Part shown: in pieces, positions 12,501 through 27,500 of the stretch
Layout of the letters: every line of letters starts with the position of its first letter
Numbering within the stretch: position 1 is the stretch's first letter
From: Zootoca vivipara
Lineage: Eukaryota
Assembly: GCF_963506605.1 (NCBI RefSeq)
Contig: NC_083278.1
Location: forward strand, 36,580,001-36,644,000
Direction of reading: 5' to 3'
DNA: 64,000 bases
The notes under the pieces: model-generated
What the model saw: the letters and a program-made list of their open reading frames with translations, nothing else
Databases searched by the model: none
Told to the model about the DNA's origin: nothing
Made by a program: the position numbers and the translations under genes

Positions 12501-15500
12501 TTAACATGCCACCAGAATATGATGAACTAGAGAAACATCTGGCTTAGTTGACTGCTCACAAATGCTGACCAACAAACAATATATCTACTGCTGGAACCCT
12601 GCCTGGCCTTTGATTATGCCGATTTAGGAGCATTGAATTAACATCCTTCTAGTTGGTGTACTTTGGTGAGCTGTATGATCATTGCTAGAGTTTCAAATCA
12701 TAAAAATGGCAAGATCTTTCTCAAAGTTAGTGGCTGAGCCATTCCTAAGAACTTCTATTTTAAAACCTCAGATTAAAGTATTTCTTGGATGATTTCATCC
12801 AAATAGAAGATTTCACAATCAGCTGCGGTTTTGCAAATACAGGGTCCAGGCAAATATTATGCAAATTGCACATAACTGTGGAAATTAGTTTTAGTCTACC
12901 TCAAAATTTCCTTCCCTGTTGATCTCTGGTACTGAACAAATATTGGGTTACAACAATAAATATTTCAATAACGTTCTGAGCTTGACAGATTGGGGAAGAA
13001 AAGATGGGAATTTATCCATAAAGTTCCATTTAGAGATTCTATTCATACTATAAGCAGGGGAAATCATTCTTACGATCAAGAACAACTCCAACTTGTGGTT
13101 TGTAATCTCTGTCTGTTATCTGCCAAATTGCGAACGGTTCAGTGGGGGTGTCCGGAAGAAGGCGGAATAATAGTATGATAGTGTAAGCCTTTGGTAATCC
13201 ATCTGGATGAATCTCCCTATTAAAGAAAGCATAGATTACTGCTCACTGAAAATACATGAAAAAGGCTAAAGAACTTGATAATGTTTAATCTGAAACACAG
13301 AAAAGACTGTAGGAAAATGTCAACACACTGACATTTGCATTACAAAGTTGTGGTTCACTCAAGATCCAGAACACACAGACCTTTGCTCAGCAGCTGATTA
13401 CTCGCTCCACTCAAACCTCACAAAGAATGATGTAGTGAAGAAAATTCAAAAAGAAATTCTGAGAAAGCTACTTTGCATTTAAGACTTAAAGAAGCTCTCA
13501 CCAGAAAGGGAGGAAAGGCTTATTTAAACTTCCCGATATCCTTCAGTTTGCCTATTTGACTGCTTTTCCTTGAATCTGAACTGTTTGGGGAGGGTACATA
13601 TGAATCTGAACTGTTTGGGGAGGGTACATAATTTGATTCTTAATCATTCACTAGAACTGTATTAAATTCTAATTTTTTGATAACCAAATGAGATATCCAA
13701 ACCATAGACTGAGCCTATAAGGCAAGTGTGAGGAACTTTTGGCTCTTCAGATGTTGCTAAATTACAACTCCCATCAGCCCCAACCCAGGTTCCACATGCC
13801 TGCTGTAAGGGGTAAGAGGCAATGGTGACAGAAACTGAAGTATAATCTTCAGGGCCATTAAGCAACAGGACCCTTAGGATTTGCCTGGAGAGGAGAAAGA
13901 GTAGCAGCAGAAATATTGTCAGGGAACTAGCTAGGAATAAGAGGCCAATAATGACTTTGGGGAGGCAATTCAAAAAGGAGAGCAATTCAGGGAGGGGGGA
14001 ATTAGATGTAAATAAAGCTGTGAGTTCCTCTCACTTAGTACAATTTGCTGTGACTAAAGTAGTTCTCTAAGGTATAAAGTGAAGTTATTCATTAGACATC
14101 CCTAATGCTAGGGTTCGTACCTGGGACCTTCAAAAATATGTACTCCCCTCAAAAACTGTGGCTTTGTCTTGGCTATATACAGAGCACTGGCATGTTTCTA
14201 TAGGGCTTAGGAGCTTCAACCTCTCCAAACCATGCAACTGTTTTATTCTAATAAACCTTCAGAATTCCTCTCCTGTTGGCAAATTTGCTGGTGAGTCTGG
14301 GTGAAGAATATCTAGCAGCTAGCAATATACTGTATGGAACAACTACCATCATGCATCTATAGCTAAAAATTTCCCCACCACTAACCACTAATAGCTGAGT
14401 TTGAAACCGAATAATTACAACAGATTTCGATTGCCATGTCAATAAAAGCCTGTACAGTATAGGGAATGAAGAAACAAAGCAGGCCTGGAAATACTAAATA
14501 TTTTAAGCAATAAGAAAAGTGGTACATTGTTTAAGAAAGTTGTTGCAGTTCCTTTTGAGCATATTTCTTAATGTTGCAGACTAAGCAAAATATATCCCCC
14601 ATCATTCCAGAAAGTTATGTGTTCCATGTAACCACACACAGCCAACTTTCCCCAGTTAAAAAACGAAAAGAAGAAAGGTAGCACAGCTTACGTTGTGGGT
14701 TGGCTAACAAAGGCATTTTTATTAAGCCTGTATGCCACATAACTGGGGTAGGATCCTGACTGCAAGGAAACGCCTGGTACTGAAGCAAAATACTTCTCCG
14801 TTAAGTTGTAAGCTTCCAGCATCCTGAAGCCTGTATCATAAAGGAGAACATGTTTTTCATCGTTATTATTATTTTCAAAGAGAAAGAGACTTGTAGAATT
14901 TAGAAAATGTGAAGACACTTTACTAGGCTGGGATACTGGTATATAAATTCTTACCAGGAGAAGTGTACCCATCCAAGTACATGAGAGGGCAAGCTGAAAC
15001 AGAAAAAGAAACATGTCAAATGAAATAATGAATGAGCCAGCAGCATTGTTGTTGGAAGGTGCACGGGGTTACTGCAGACTCTCCTCCTTTGGAAGTTTTC
15101 AGAGTGAGACTAGACAAGCTTATATATCGCAGATGCTTTGCCTGGGATTCTAAGGGTTTCAGCATGCACCTAATAAGCTGTTGTATGTACATGGGGCTCT
15201 CTGTTGATATTCCCTTTCCAGTGCAGCCCATCTCACTACATCAGAGGACAATCTGGACACCCCTCTTTGTTAAGAGCAGATTTCTGCGGAGGAGGCATGA
15301 GGGAATGTGTTAGAAAGGGTGGTACTGAAAAGAATGCAAACAGGGGGTTGTATCTAATTGTGTCCCTCCACTCATGGAAGGCTCTTTATCACTAAAATCC
15401 AATAGGTAAATTTATTCTAAACAAGATTAGAGAGAAGTGCCATTTGACTTACTTGAGGTAGCTGTCTCACAAACAAAGGTGATGAGGTTATCCTCAATCT

Positions 15501-18500
15501 TTTCAAAAGCATCAAAGTCATCAACTATAAAGACATGGCGTTCACTGGGTTTGCTGGCGATCTTGGCCAGTTCATGGTAATCAACATCAGCCACACCAAC
15601 AACAAAGACACTGAAACCTGAAAATGTAGTATCAATTGAGTTAGTAAGCAATCTGTTATGTGGGAATGACATACAACTCAAGGGAGACATGTAAAGTGTG
15701 TACGTTTATTGTTTCCTTTTAAAAAAAGAAAAAGAAAACATCATATCCTGGAGAGGTGACTAAATCTGTGGTGCATGGGCATGAGAAAGGCAGGTAGATA
15801 TTTCTATAAATAAATAAATGTTCAAATAAAAAGCTTACATGTACAACAGAGTTTACCCAGGGTGAAATCCAACACTGCTTGAACAGATTTCCACTTGCAC
15901 TACATGGCTTCCCCTTCCTCCCAAATCTTCTTCAAAGGATCCCCTGATGTGCAAGTGGAAATCTGCCCTCCTTGCACATGAACAGCACTGGATTCAGTCC
16001 ACTGCAAAGTGATACAGTCATACCTCATGATACGTCCACTGTGGGTTGCGTCTTTTCAGGTTATGGACACGCTGAACCCAGAAGTCCCGGAACAGGTTAC
16101 TTCCGGGTTCAGTGCGTCCGTAACCTGCGCGCATGTGCTGAAGCGCTAAATCGTGCTTTGCGCATGCGCAGATGTGGCGCTTCAGGATGCGGCCTTTTCA
16201 TGTTGTGAACGGGCCTCAGGAATGGATCCTGTTTGCAACAAGAAGTACCACTGTACTGGATAAAGTGGTTTACAGATATCAGACTCTTAAATGTTCACTG
16301 ACTATTTGAACTGTGTATACCGGTATTATGGCCTTCCTAACAATACAGAATCTGACATTTGACGAAGTTAGCGGAATTATGGTTGTACGAAGTTACGGCA
16401 CGTGAAAGCAACTTACCAGAATGTTGTATGACAGCTGCAGCTTTCCTCACTTCATCCTGTGACCGACCATCAGTTACGACAACAAGTACCTTGGGAACTC
16501 CTTTCCTCATACCACTTTCCCATGTCAAGACCTTATCTTTGATAAATGTAAGTGCTTTGCCTGCAGATGGTGAAACAAAATTCATTGTGGTGATCGAACA
16601 AAAATGATAATCGTAGTAGCACACACATTTACATTGGAATGAAATTAAAAGGTTGTATCCAACTAAGTTATACTCAAAGCAGACCGACAGAAATTAATGT
16701 GCCTAAGTTAGTTATGTCCATTATTTTCAGTGGCTGAACTTTGGACTCAGCTATACACCTGCAAATAAAATGTTTTATGTGTGTTGTAAAGTGTATTGTA
16801 CAAATGTGGCACTAGATGGCGATGGTGAGCTATGGCAAATTCAATATATTTTTCAAAACTTTTTTTAAAGCATTTTCACTTTTTTTTCTATGTGTCTAGA
16901 TTCCACCTCTGAGTAGGACTGACATTGGATACAACATATTCTCTGTGAAGCATAGAGACCATGTTTGTATTTTAAAAAAACTGAACTCAAATCCTCCCAC
17001 AAGTACCTGTTTTTGTGTTCCCTCCTCTATACCGAATATTCTGAAGTGCTCCTAGTGCCCGTGCCTTATCATCATATGTGTTCAAATGGAACTCAGACTT
17101 TGGATCATCACTGTATTGCACCAAAGAAACCTGAAACATAAAATTAAATCTGGCATTATTGGGATGAATGCTCCAACAACACAATTTTGTTTGATACCAC
17201 GGGGAGGGGGAGGGGTACAGGAAATGTTAATGAAGGATTTGGCACATATAAGAATGAGCTAGTCCAGGGGTCAGCAAACTTTTTCAGCAGGGGGCCGGTC
17301 CACTGTCCCTCAGACCTTGTGGGGGGGCCGGACTATATTTTGGGAGGGGGGAAATGAACGAATTCCTATGCCCCACAAATAACCCAGAGATGCATTTTAA
17401 ATAAAAGGACACATTCTACTCATGTAAAAACACCAGGCAGGCCCCACAAATAACCCAGAGATGCATTTTAAATAAAAGGACACATTCTACTCATGCAAAA
17501 ACATGCTGATTCCTGGACCATCCACGGGCCAGATTTAGAAGGTGATTGAGCCGCATCCGGCCCCCGGGCCTTAGTTTGGGGACCCCTGAGCTAGTCCATG
17601 ATTTGGAAGATGTGGGTGTGGTAGCCAGTTAAACAGTCTGCATCACATACAGGCTTACCTGATTATCGGCAGTTACTACATGCATGTGGTGAAAGGGTTT
17701 TTCAAATAGCCAAGCTGTCATTTGCAAGGTATGGTTTCTACAATCTAACAAGCATTTCACCATACTACAAAGTAAAGGATGCACGCACGCACATACACAC
17801 ACACATTGCTGAAAATCAAGCCACCCAAACTTTGAATGTCTTGCAAGTGGGGAAAACTGTAAGAGGCAACCCACCAAGGACAGGGTGGCCATTTGTCAAA
17901 GGCAGAAGGGTGTAAAGGGCAAAGTGTAGCAAAATATTGTGCACCTGTGCTACTCTTTTAAAGAATATTCAATCCTATGAGGGTCAGAATCAGTTTTGCC
18001 TCAAGCTAGCCAGTTTTGCCATTTGTTGAGGGTGGGGAAACTGAAGGTCTAGTGAATTGACTAATGCAAGGATAACAAATGTGGTACCCTGCAGATACTG
18101 AGGACTGCCACTCCCATCATCTCAGACTACTGGCAATGGTGACTGGGGCTTAGGGCCATTTGGGAAGCATAAGTGTCTCCCTATTACTGTATCTTCTTCC
18201 CCGGAATCAGCAAAATGCCCATCCATGAGCTGGAGAACACCTACGATCCACTCTTTCATGGTCATGGAAAGGGGATGATGCAAGCATGAAGACAGAATCT
18301 GGAAGCATGGGCTATAGACTGAATCACTTTTCTAGCTTTGGCTGAAATTGAAATCTAGCAGCTTCTTTTAAGAATCTTTAGAGTCTTGGTTTCTCTTGTT
18401 TATTACTAGACAGGAAGAATAGACAAACCTGAATTCCAGCAGGGTTGATTAGGTCAAAGGCTCCAACTGTATTAAAAACGAATTTCAGCACTTTGTGGAA

Positions 18501-21500
18501 ATTGTCATCTCCAATACTCCAGGAAGCATCAGTCAAGAAGACTATATCTGCTTTGGCACCCTTGCATACTGAAAAAATTCATTGGATTCAGTTAAGTCAT
18601 TTGACACATCCAGAATAATTAAGGACACTAAGATGATAATTTGAAGAATAGCATGTATCAAGCTTGTCAATGTAACATATAGAATACATCTAAAAAACCA
18701 TTTTCCCCATTGGAATTCATGAAAACTACATTCAAAGGCTCAAATGCACCAAACATGTTTATAGAACTCAGACTAAGAACACAAACATGAACGCTCTGGA
18801 AACGTAAAAGACAAGGGACTACATGGGAAGAGTCAAATACAGTTTTAAGCAGAACTTACTTCTCTGAATTCACAAGCTATTATGAACGCCCTAAATTATA
18901 GTAACATCAGAGCCTTTAGTCAACAGTACTCTCAAAGCCCTGCTTTCATAGACATGGCAGAAATAAGATAAATGCTTTTGCAAGCACCTACCATCTCGAG
19001 CAGGTGGGATTGTTGGAGGAGGAGGGGGAGTTGGTGGCTGAGTTGGTGGCTGTGTTGGCTTGATTACTAAAACAAAAATATTGAATTAAAATATTTTACA
19101 TATTCAATATTCTTAACTTTGTGAGTTGCAATTAGTAATATCCACTGCAGAGAAATACAATTGATAGAAGTTCATTTGGTTGCAACTTAACTGACATGTC
19201 CATCTTTAAGAAAATACAGTCACACCTCGGGTTGCGAATGCTGTGGGTTACGCGTTTTCAGGTTGTACTCCGCGACAACCCCAGAAGTACCAGAACCCAG
19301 AACGGGTTACTTCCGGGTTTCGGCACTCGGACATGTGCAGAAACACAAAATGACACCATGTGAATGCGCAGAAGCGCCAAATCGCATCCCGCACATGCAC
19401 AGACGCGGTGCTGCGGGTTGCGAACGCTGTGGGCTGCAAACGCACCTCCCGCACGGATCATGTTCACAACCTGAGGTATGACTGTAAACTTCTATTGTTC
19501 TTCGTATGCACACAGAGAGATGAGAGAGGTGGTGTTTTAAAATCATTTGTAATTCACCTTTTGTACCTAAGGAACTCTAATCATCCCACCTGGGACTGCA
19601 AAATCCTGGCAGGAGGTCAAGAAGTGCCAAGCACCTGGCTGGCAACAATATATGGTTGGTGAAAGATTTTGAGACATTGAGACATGCAGCAAGAAAAGGT
19701 TAGAATCCAAAAGTTTTAGGATCCCACCCCCATGGAAAATATATATGTTGCCCAATTCATGCATGAAATATCACAAATAGGAAACAAAGGAAAACTAGAT
19801 GCTGCCTGATAGCTCAGTCAATAGAACATGAGACTCTTAATTTCAGGGTCTTGTGTTCAAGCCCCAAGTTGGGTAAAAGATTTCTATAGGGGGACTAAAT
19901 GATCCTCAAGGTCCCTCCCAACTCTACAATTCTAGGATTCCATGATTCCTTAAAAATACTACAATGTTTTTACAAGCTCAAGAATGATAATATCTCCAAG
20001 CACAATTACTTTGACCACATTCATCCAATGTACTTTAAATCTACATTACCACCACTACTATTCTTATTTGTTATCTGCCACCTACATGTTCGTTCTCTTG
20101 TAGACACTGGAGGCCCCTCAAGGTTTGGAGTCTGAACAAACACAGTAGCATCATACTCTGTGTCTGGTGAAAGGCCAGTGAAACAGTGACTGGTTTCTGT
20201 TCCACGCACTGTAATTTCTTGCCCTCTGGATCCTGCAAATAAGTAAAATACAGTAATGACATTAAAATGCTTAGAACATAGGAGCTTAGGAATGCTTGCT
20301 GAATGGCTGAAAGCGGAAAACTAAGGTACATATAGCAAAGAAGGGAATGGTTGCTTCAATGGAGTGTTATGCTTAGCTTCCAGAACTTTTGGAAGAAGGT
20401 TTGGAGCATCTGGATTGCAGGTGGGTACTTAACAGTGCCAGGATGTGAAAAGGGAAAGGTGTGGAACAACTGATCTCCATAACAGCAGAGGAGAAGGATG
20501 GTTAGCAGGCAACGTGCTTCAAGATTTAAGTTCAGTCCTGCCTTTGATCTGCCCTAGTGTTTCTTAATACCCACATGTACCACATTTGTGAAAAATAAAA
20601 GGAATGAGGTTTGTTTGTTGTTGTTTTTTTAAAAAAACTTTTCTCGTTTTGTAGTAGACACACTGTGGGAATAGCTGTGCTATAAAATTATATATTCATA
20701 TCCTGCAACAAACAGGAGGGACACATGTAATAATGGGAGATATATTACCCATACTACTCAGCTACAAAACTCTTGAGGAGCAAAAATTATTTAAATGAAG
20801 GACAACTATGAAGAACAACTATGGAACAGCCTGAGGCAGAATATGTTGAAAGGAGGTGAACAACTTCCTATAAGCAATCAAACACTGGTACTATTTTATG
20901 GAGAGCTACAGGTATTTTCCCCAAGTGTTCCTGCTGCCTCCAGCCTTTCAATGATCAAGATCTCTAATGAGATTATCTGCCATATCCCTGGTTGGGAACA
21001 CAACCCATTTGTTAAAGTTATCCCTCTTCAGAGGAAACTAGGAATGCAGGAAATGACAGTAGGGGTCTGTGAGAGGCACACTGACGGGAGATTCCTTGCT
21101 CTTCAAGGTTTAGGTGGAAATGTGTTACAGTCTTCACAATAGTTGCATGCAAAACCCAATATATATATATTTACCATCAGCTGGATTTAGCTTCAGTCTA
21201 TAAGAAGTAGCTGCCCGATGAGCTGTCCATTTGATGCAGAAAGTGTCCCATCCCACATTATAACTTGTTAGGTCAGTGACATTTAAGTATACTGCAAAGC
21301 GTGAAAGAAAAATTTCCATGAACTACAAGATGAAAGCTAAAAGCAAATTCTGAAACCATGACAAACGTCTTTATTCTAAAAATACCACTTATTCTACCAC
21401 AAGTAATAGGCTATTGAACTCATGCATATTTGTTTCACACTGTAACTAATTACTGTATGTGTACTGAGGGGAGGCAAGAATCACATTTTCTCAGCAACAG

Positions 21501-24500
21501 CAGGTTGCAGTTTTAGTACTTGGGGTATGTGATTTTATGATAATGAGAAATGTACTTGCATCCCTAACATAAAGCACAAGATAGCAGAATGGTGTTAGGT
21601 TCCCACACAGTAACCAAGAACTGCACATTTCCTGAACAATGCCATGTTTCTCTGAAAGCCCAGCATAATCCTCCAACACTACCTGTCCCATGGGGTAGGC
21701 ATGCTCTAACCAGTGGAACCTCCCATCTGAGGTTATTTTTCTCACATCTACTAGCCCAGAAAAGGGTCCTCTGTATTAATATACAGTGAAACCAAAAGCA
21801 TGAAAAGTAGTCTTACATGTAGTGCCTTGATCGACCAGAGGTGCACTGAGTCCAGAATCATACTGAGCATAAACATCTACATCATAGGAAGTACTAGGAG
21901 AAAGGTTGTGCAATGTATATGAAGTCACATCTCCAACAAACACCTCCATGGGCTCATTGGTACCTTAAAAGAAAAAATGGATTTTCATTTGCCTTAATGA
22001 CAGCAGATCTCCATCTCCATCTCCAATGACAGCTCAGAGAGAAGACTCATTTTCACATTCATATCAGTCACATTCTCATAGTGTATAAGTCTTGAAATGA
22101 ACCAATATTAAATAATGTCAAGTATACTTGAATATCTTAAGCTCAGCCTTACCAACAGGTTTGTAGACAATTTTGTACCCAAGAACAGGAGATGGTGAAG
22201 GATCCCAGGCAACTCTGAACCGTGTGTACCATTCATCTGAAATGCGTATGTTCTGAGGTGACAGCAACCCAACTGAAGAAGACAAAAATTGAGTATAATG
22301 TTAGAATGCAGAATGGTGGCATAAAATGTTATTTCTATGCCTGTATGACATCTAGCAGACTGGGTTCCTGGCAGATCAATGGATTGGACAGTGATAGTGA
22401 TTAGATAACCCAAGGTGTTCACAAAGATCCAGGTTATGGCTGTAATTCTGCCATGTCTCTGTGTTGGGACATTCAATCTTTCCCTATGCAGACACACAGC
22501 ATTTCATGTTGAATGTGCAAATATTTGAGGTACACTGAGATAGGATCTCAAATTAAGGTCCATTTGGCAAATATCAAGCATGGCAACAACTACTCTGCCA
22601 CTACTTCTGGGGGGGGGCGGGACAGTTAAGGACCATTTGCACCTCAGTTGTTTGCATATTATTTAACAGCACATCAGATGTACCTGTTTTTCCATTTCCT
22701 GTCAACTGTCCACCATCTCCATCTTCATAAACTGCCACAACGGTAATTTTGTAGGGTGTATCTGACTGCAAAGGCTGTAGCAATACATTATTTCTTCTGC
22801 CAGGCACTGTAGTCTGGAACATAATGGGAATCAAGTAAATGTTGTAGAACTGTAAATTGCTCAAAGCTGTAGTAGTACAACTTGGAGTTCTACTCCTCAC
22901 TGAAGAAGCAGCTATACTTTTATTCATAGGTTCCATAAAGTCCATTAACAAGCTTCCACTCACACAAAACACTCCTGCTGAGGGAAGGGGTATGTGGCAG
23001 TCTTTTGTCCTCCTTGTACAGTGCATATGGGGAGCTTCTGGAACAATTTGGAAGGTGGCACAGGAGAAAATGGAGAGCATCATTTCTGTCTTCCCCAGCC
23101 TTCACTAGCAGAAGAATCTGAACCTACCATGAATGAAGGGCAGTTCTGGATCCAAACCAATGCATGGGCAGGGGGGTTAGAAAATTTGTTCACTGTAATA
23201 TTTATATAGGGGTGTGTGTGTGTGATTAGAAAAGAAAAGAAATAGAAATGAAAATAAAGTAAAAAGAACACAATAGGAAAAGGATGAGGAGCACATGGAT
23301 TTATAATAAAGAAACTTTTTTTAAATAATAATTTCAGCCCCATCAAAATTAGGCTGCCTGGGGTAATAGATGGGACATTAATTTATGATATTTATATTTT
23401 AAAATGTCATTGTAATGTGTATAAAGTGATGTTTGTTACCAATGGGAATTTTTTTTTAGAGCAGCATCTGGCAACACTCAAGCATATTGCCAAACATGTC
23501 TGGCACACGTCCAGGAAACCAAAGCCTTTCTTTCAAGGATAGCCCAACATTCATTTATATGAACAAACTGCATGTGGGGGAAGGTACTACTGTTGTACAT
23601 GCACATTTAGAGAAAGAATGGCAAAACATCAACTAGTAGAGAGTGGCGGCAGACCAGAAAACCCTTTGGATGGTGCAGTGAGCCTCCAATGTATGTTACA
23701 ACCACAGTTTCTCTTGGAATGTGAAAATAACAGAACTGTGTTGAAAAAATCAGGATACAGCCTGCAACCGGGGGCTGATGCAGGAAGAGAATGCAGAAGT
23801 ACAGTAGAACGAACTAGTTCTGTCCTGTACACATGTCACTAAGCCCTGCTTATTTCCATACTCAGATCACTTTCCTAGATCTGCACCTTTGTTAGAAAAA
23901 CAGCAGATGTGGGAGGAAAATTCATGTTTTAAGGACTGGGGAGTTGTGACAGTAAACTACCATATTCACCAGTTTGGAATGCAAAGTGGAAGGTGGGATG
24001 GAATTCGCAAACTCTGTTCCTTCATCCCTTCCAACCAGATAATTACACTACCATGGCTGTACTGTACTGTCTGGACTGGCAGCAGGGAAGGGTAGCAGAC
24101 AAGCAGCTGATGAGACTATCTGTGGATCAAGTCTAGTAACTGCATTTTGTAAATTGTTTCCTTCAAAATATATTTAAGACAATGGTTTGAAGAATAAGTG
24201 ACAACACTTGTCCTTAGCTGTTTGTCTGAATGGAAACAGAATGACAGAGAATGTGAGGACCAGATCTCTGCTTCTGGTGAGAAACTGGTGGTCCGGAATA
24301 ACTCTATCCAATTCAGTATAACTGAATTACGCAAGCATTTGATCTAAAATGTGTAAGACAGAGACAGCCCTGGAAGAAAGTAGGGCTGTATACATACTCC
24401 CATTAGTTCTGCATTCTCTGTACTCCCCGCAATAGTTTGGGAAGCATTGTATACATGATAGCCAAACTCCATATATATCCTGTTGTTTTTCATGAAATAC

Positions 24501-27500
24501 TGAGTTTTGACACACTCTGCTCCAAATCAGCTTTGATCAGAACTGAGAACAAGACCCAACCTAGCTACATTTTAAGACTACACAGCCCAGATGAGAAAAG
24601 ATGAGAATTGCGGAGGGTGAGGGGTGGGAACACCATAAGTAATATTTAAATGTGATGGTTAAAATGTCCTCTGGATAGTTTATATTTATTTCTTCACGTT
24701 TCTGGGAAGATTTGTCATTAATTTCTCTTCCCCCCCCCCAAGCGAGTGAAATTCCCATAGTGAAATGGAGAGCACCATTTCTTTATTGCATGAGCACCAT
24801 TTTCAGTACAATGTGCTTTCCGTATAAGGCCAAGTTGCAGCAAAATATATTATCATTCAGAAGTAAGTAACCAGCATGAATTAGGTGGTGTTTTTATGGG
24901 CTGAACTAAGTTTCCACAGAAGTCAGAAGAAGTCATGCCATCAACCTCCCTATGGGGAAAATAATTTGGCTGCGCTGTACATCTCTAAGAGAAATCTGCA
25001 GGCATTTACCGAAGTTGTGCTGCCAAATAAGGAGAAGGAAGTTCACTTGCAAATTATAAAAATCTTGGCAGAACTCCAAACAAACAAACGAAAAGATCAA
25101 AGCTGCAGACTGCCAATACCGCTCATAATAGTCAGATACGTGATGGTCATTAGACACAGATGACAATTAAGGTTGCTGTTTATTGCTCTCCCCAACTGCA
25201 TAGAGCAGGCTCACAGAAATATATATAGCTCCACAAAAGAGGAATGTGTATTGTAAGCCCAGTTAGAAGTTGTCAAAGGGAACCAAGGTTATACTTAAGA
25301 TACAATCCAACACAGAGTTCAGCAAACTTAAGTCCATTAGTATCAATGATCTTAAATATGTCAAAAGACCTTGTGTATGCTTAAATCTGCATTGGATTGT
25401 ACAAAAAAGCTCTGGACAGACAAATGTTGCTCAGAATAAAGTTTATCACTTGCAGCTAAGGAAGTACTAATTCCATTTCAGTAGTCTGGTATCTATGCAA
25501 AAATGTCGAAAGAAGAGAGAGGAGCTTTGCTACACCATAAGAAACCTGTGGATTAATTTTTCAAACTAATGAGGAAATGTTTAGAGAGGGGAAAGAGTGT
25601 ACTCTGTCCAAAGGAGGACACATTTTGGGAGAGGGGAACATTCTTGAAAGGGTGTACCTTTACTGTGGGTGGGCAAGGACTACTGAGCTCAGGCCTGGTG
25701 CTCAAAACAGACTCAAAGGTTTGGCATTCTTGAATTCTTTTGCACATTGCTCTAGTGGATGGATCTTATGGCTTCAGTAAAAAGCAACAACAAAGCAGTC
25801 GTCGTCCCCCCCCCTCTAGTTTTTTTAGTTGCTTTTGTAGCACCGCTAAAGCCTGTCAAATATCAGAGATATCCCCAGGAAAAATGAAATAATGAATGTA
25901 TACACTGAAGGGTAAAGGAAACACTATCTCCAAAGATAGCTATTGTCTGTACACAGACTATACACACTATGGTTTGGTTAATTGCACATGCTCATATTTT
26001 TGCAAACAGCAGACAAGTAATGTATTTTTCAATCCATCAATACCTATGAGACAGGAAATTGCAAGCTTATCAAAGTAGAACAAAACGGTTCAATAGGAAT
26101 GTGAACATGCAGAATCCCTGATAAACTGACTTCCTCCAGAAGCTAAAGCCAAAAATACTTAGGTAAAGGTAAAGGGACCCCTGACCATTAGGTTCAGTCG
26201 TGACCGACTCTGGGGTTGCGCGCTCATCTCGCATTATTGGCCAAGGGAGCCGGCGTATGGTCATGCTTCCAGGTCATGTGTCCAGCATGACAAAGCCACT
26301 TCTGGTGAACCAGAGCAGCACACAGAAACACCGTTTACCTTCCCGCTGTAGCGGTTCCTATTTATCTACTTGCATTTTGCCATGCTTTCGAACTGCTAGG
26401 TTGGAAGGAGCTGGGACCGAGCAACGGGAGCTCACCCTGTCACAGGGATTTGAACCGCTGACCTTCTGATCAGTAAGCCCTAGGCTCTGTGGTTTAACCC
26501 ACAGCACCACCTGGGTCCCTATTTAAACTTAAAATACTTAAACAGAAGTAAATAAGCTGTGATATATTTCTAGCATGCCTTAATGAGAACACTTACATAT
26601 TCATCTATGGGATCTCCAACTGTGGGAGAATATATGATTCTGTATTGCTGCACAGGTCCATCAGCATGCTCCCATTGAACGGAAAGGCTGTTTGTAGTAG
26701 GATTAAAGACTCTTATGTTCCTGGGCGCACTGCGAGGCACTAAAAGAAAAAGTAGAGATAAATAAGAGCACAAAATGAAGTGGAATTTGGAAAACTGAAG
26801 TCTAAAAAGTAACCCTCCTCCACTGTATAAAGCTCTGCAATAGCTTATCTGCAAGTAAGACCTAATGCAGAAAAGTGACAACTGAACAATACTGGCACAG
26901 TTTGGAGAGAATAATAATTTATAGCATACAACTATATCTTAGCAATAAAACATGTGTTTTCTGCTTACATGTCCTTCCCTGTCCAGGACTTGAATCTCCT
27001 TCTCCATCAGCATACAAAGCAACAACATTGACAGAATAGGGTGTATCAGGAATCAGACGCTCTAGTAAAATATTGCGGGTGTTGCTTGGTACCACAACCT
27101 AAAAAGAAAGCAATACTGAAGTTTAAACTGGTGTTTTCTTTTAAATTTAAAAAATCTGAGCTTGATAGTATGAGAAGAAAGCTTCTTGAGCTCTTGACAA
27201 ACAATCTTGCTCTTTCCTTACACTTGAATGTTGTTGGGTTTTTGTTTGTTTGTTTGTTTGTTTGCTACTGGAAGGGATTTTTTAAAAAATGAAATCCTTC
27301 CCTTAATTTCTCAGACTAAATTAACCAGGGCCAGATTTGAAGTAGCACCCTGGCAAAGTGCGCTCTGGCTGTCCTCTTCTCAAACCAGTGCCCACCCACC
27401 AGTGGACTTATTTGCTGCCTGTTGACAGCAGCAACAAGCAGAGCTGTGATCTGCTTGCCACTTAATTTTCCACAGTACAACCATAGCTGCCAAGTTTTCC

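Noticed and set aside
17370-17503. Direct repeats resembling a CRISPR array
   Set aside because: Only two 71-bp units with no unique spacers, inside a TSD-flanked hAT element in a vertebrate intron.
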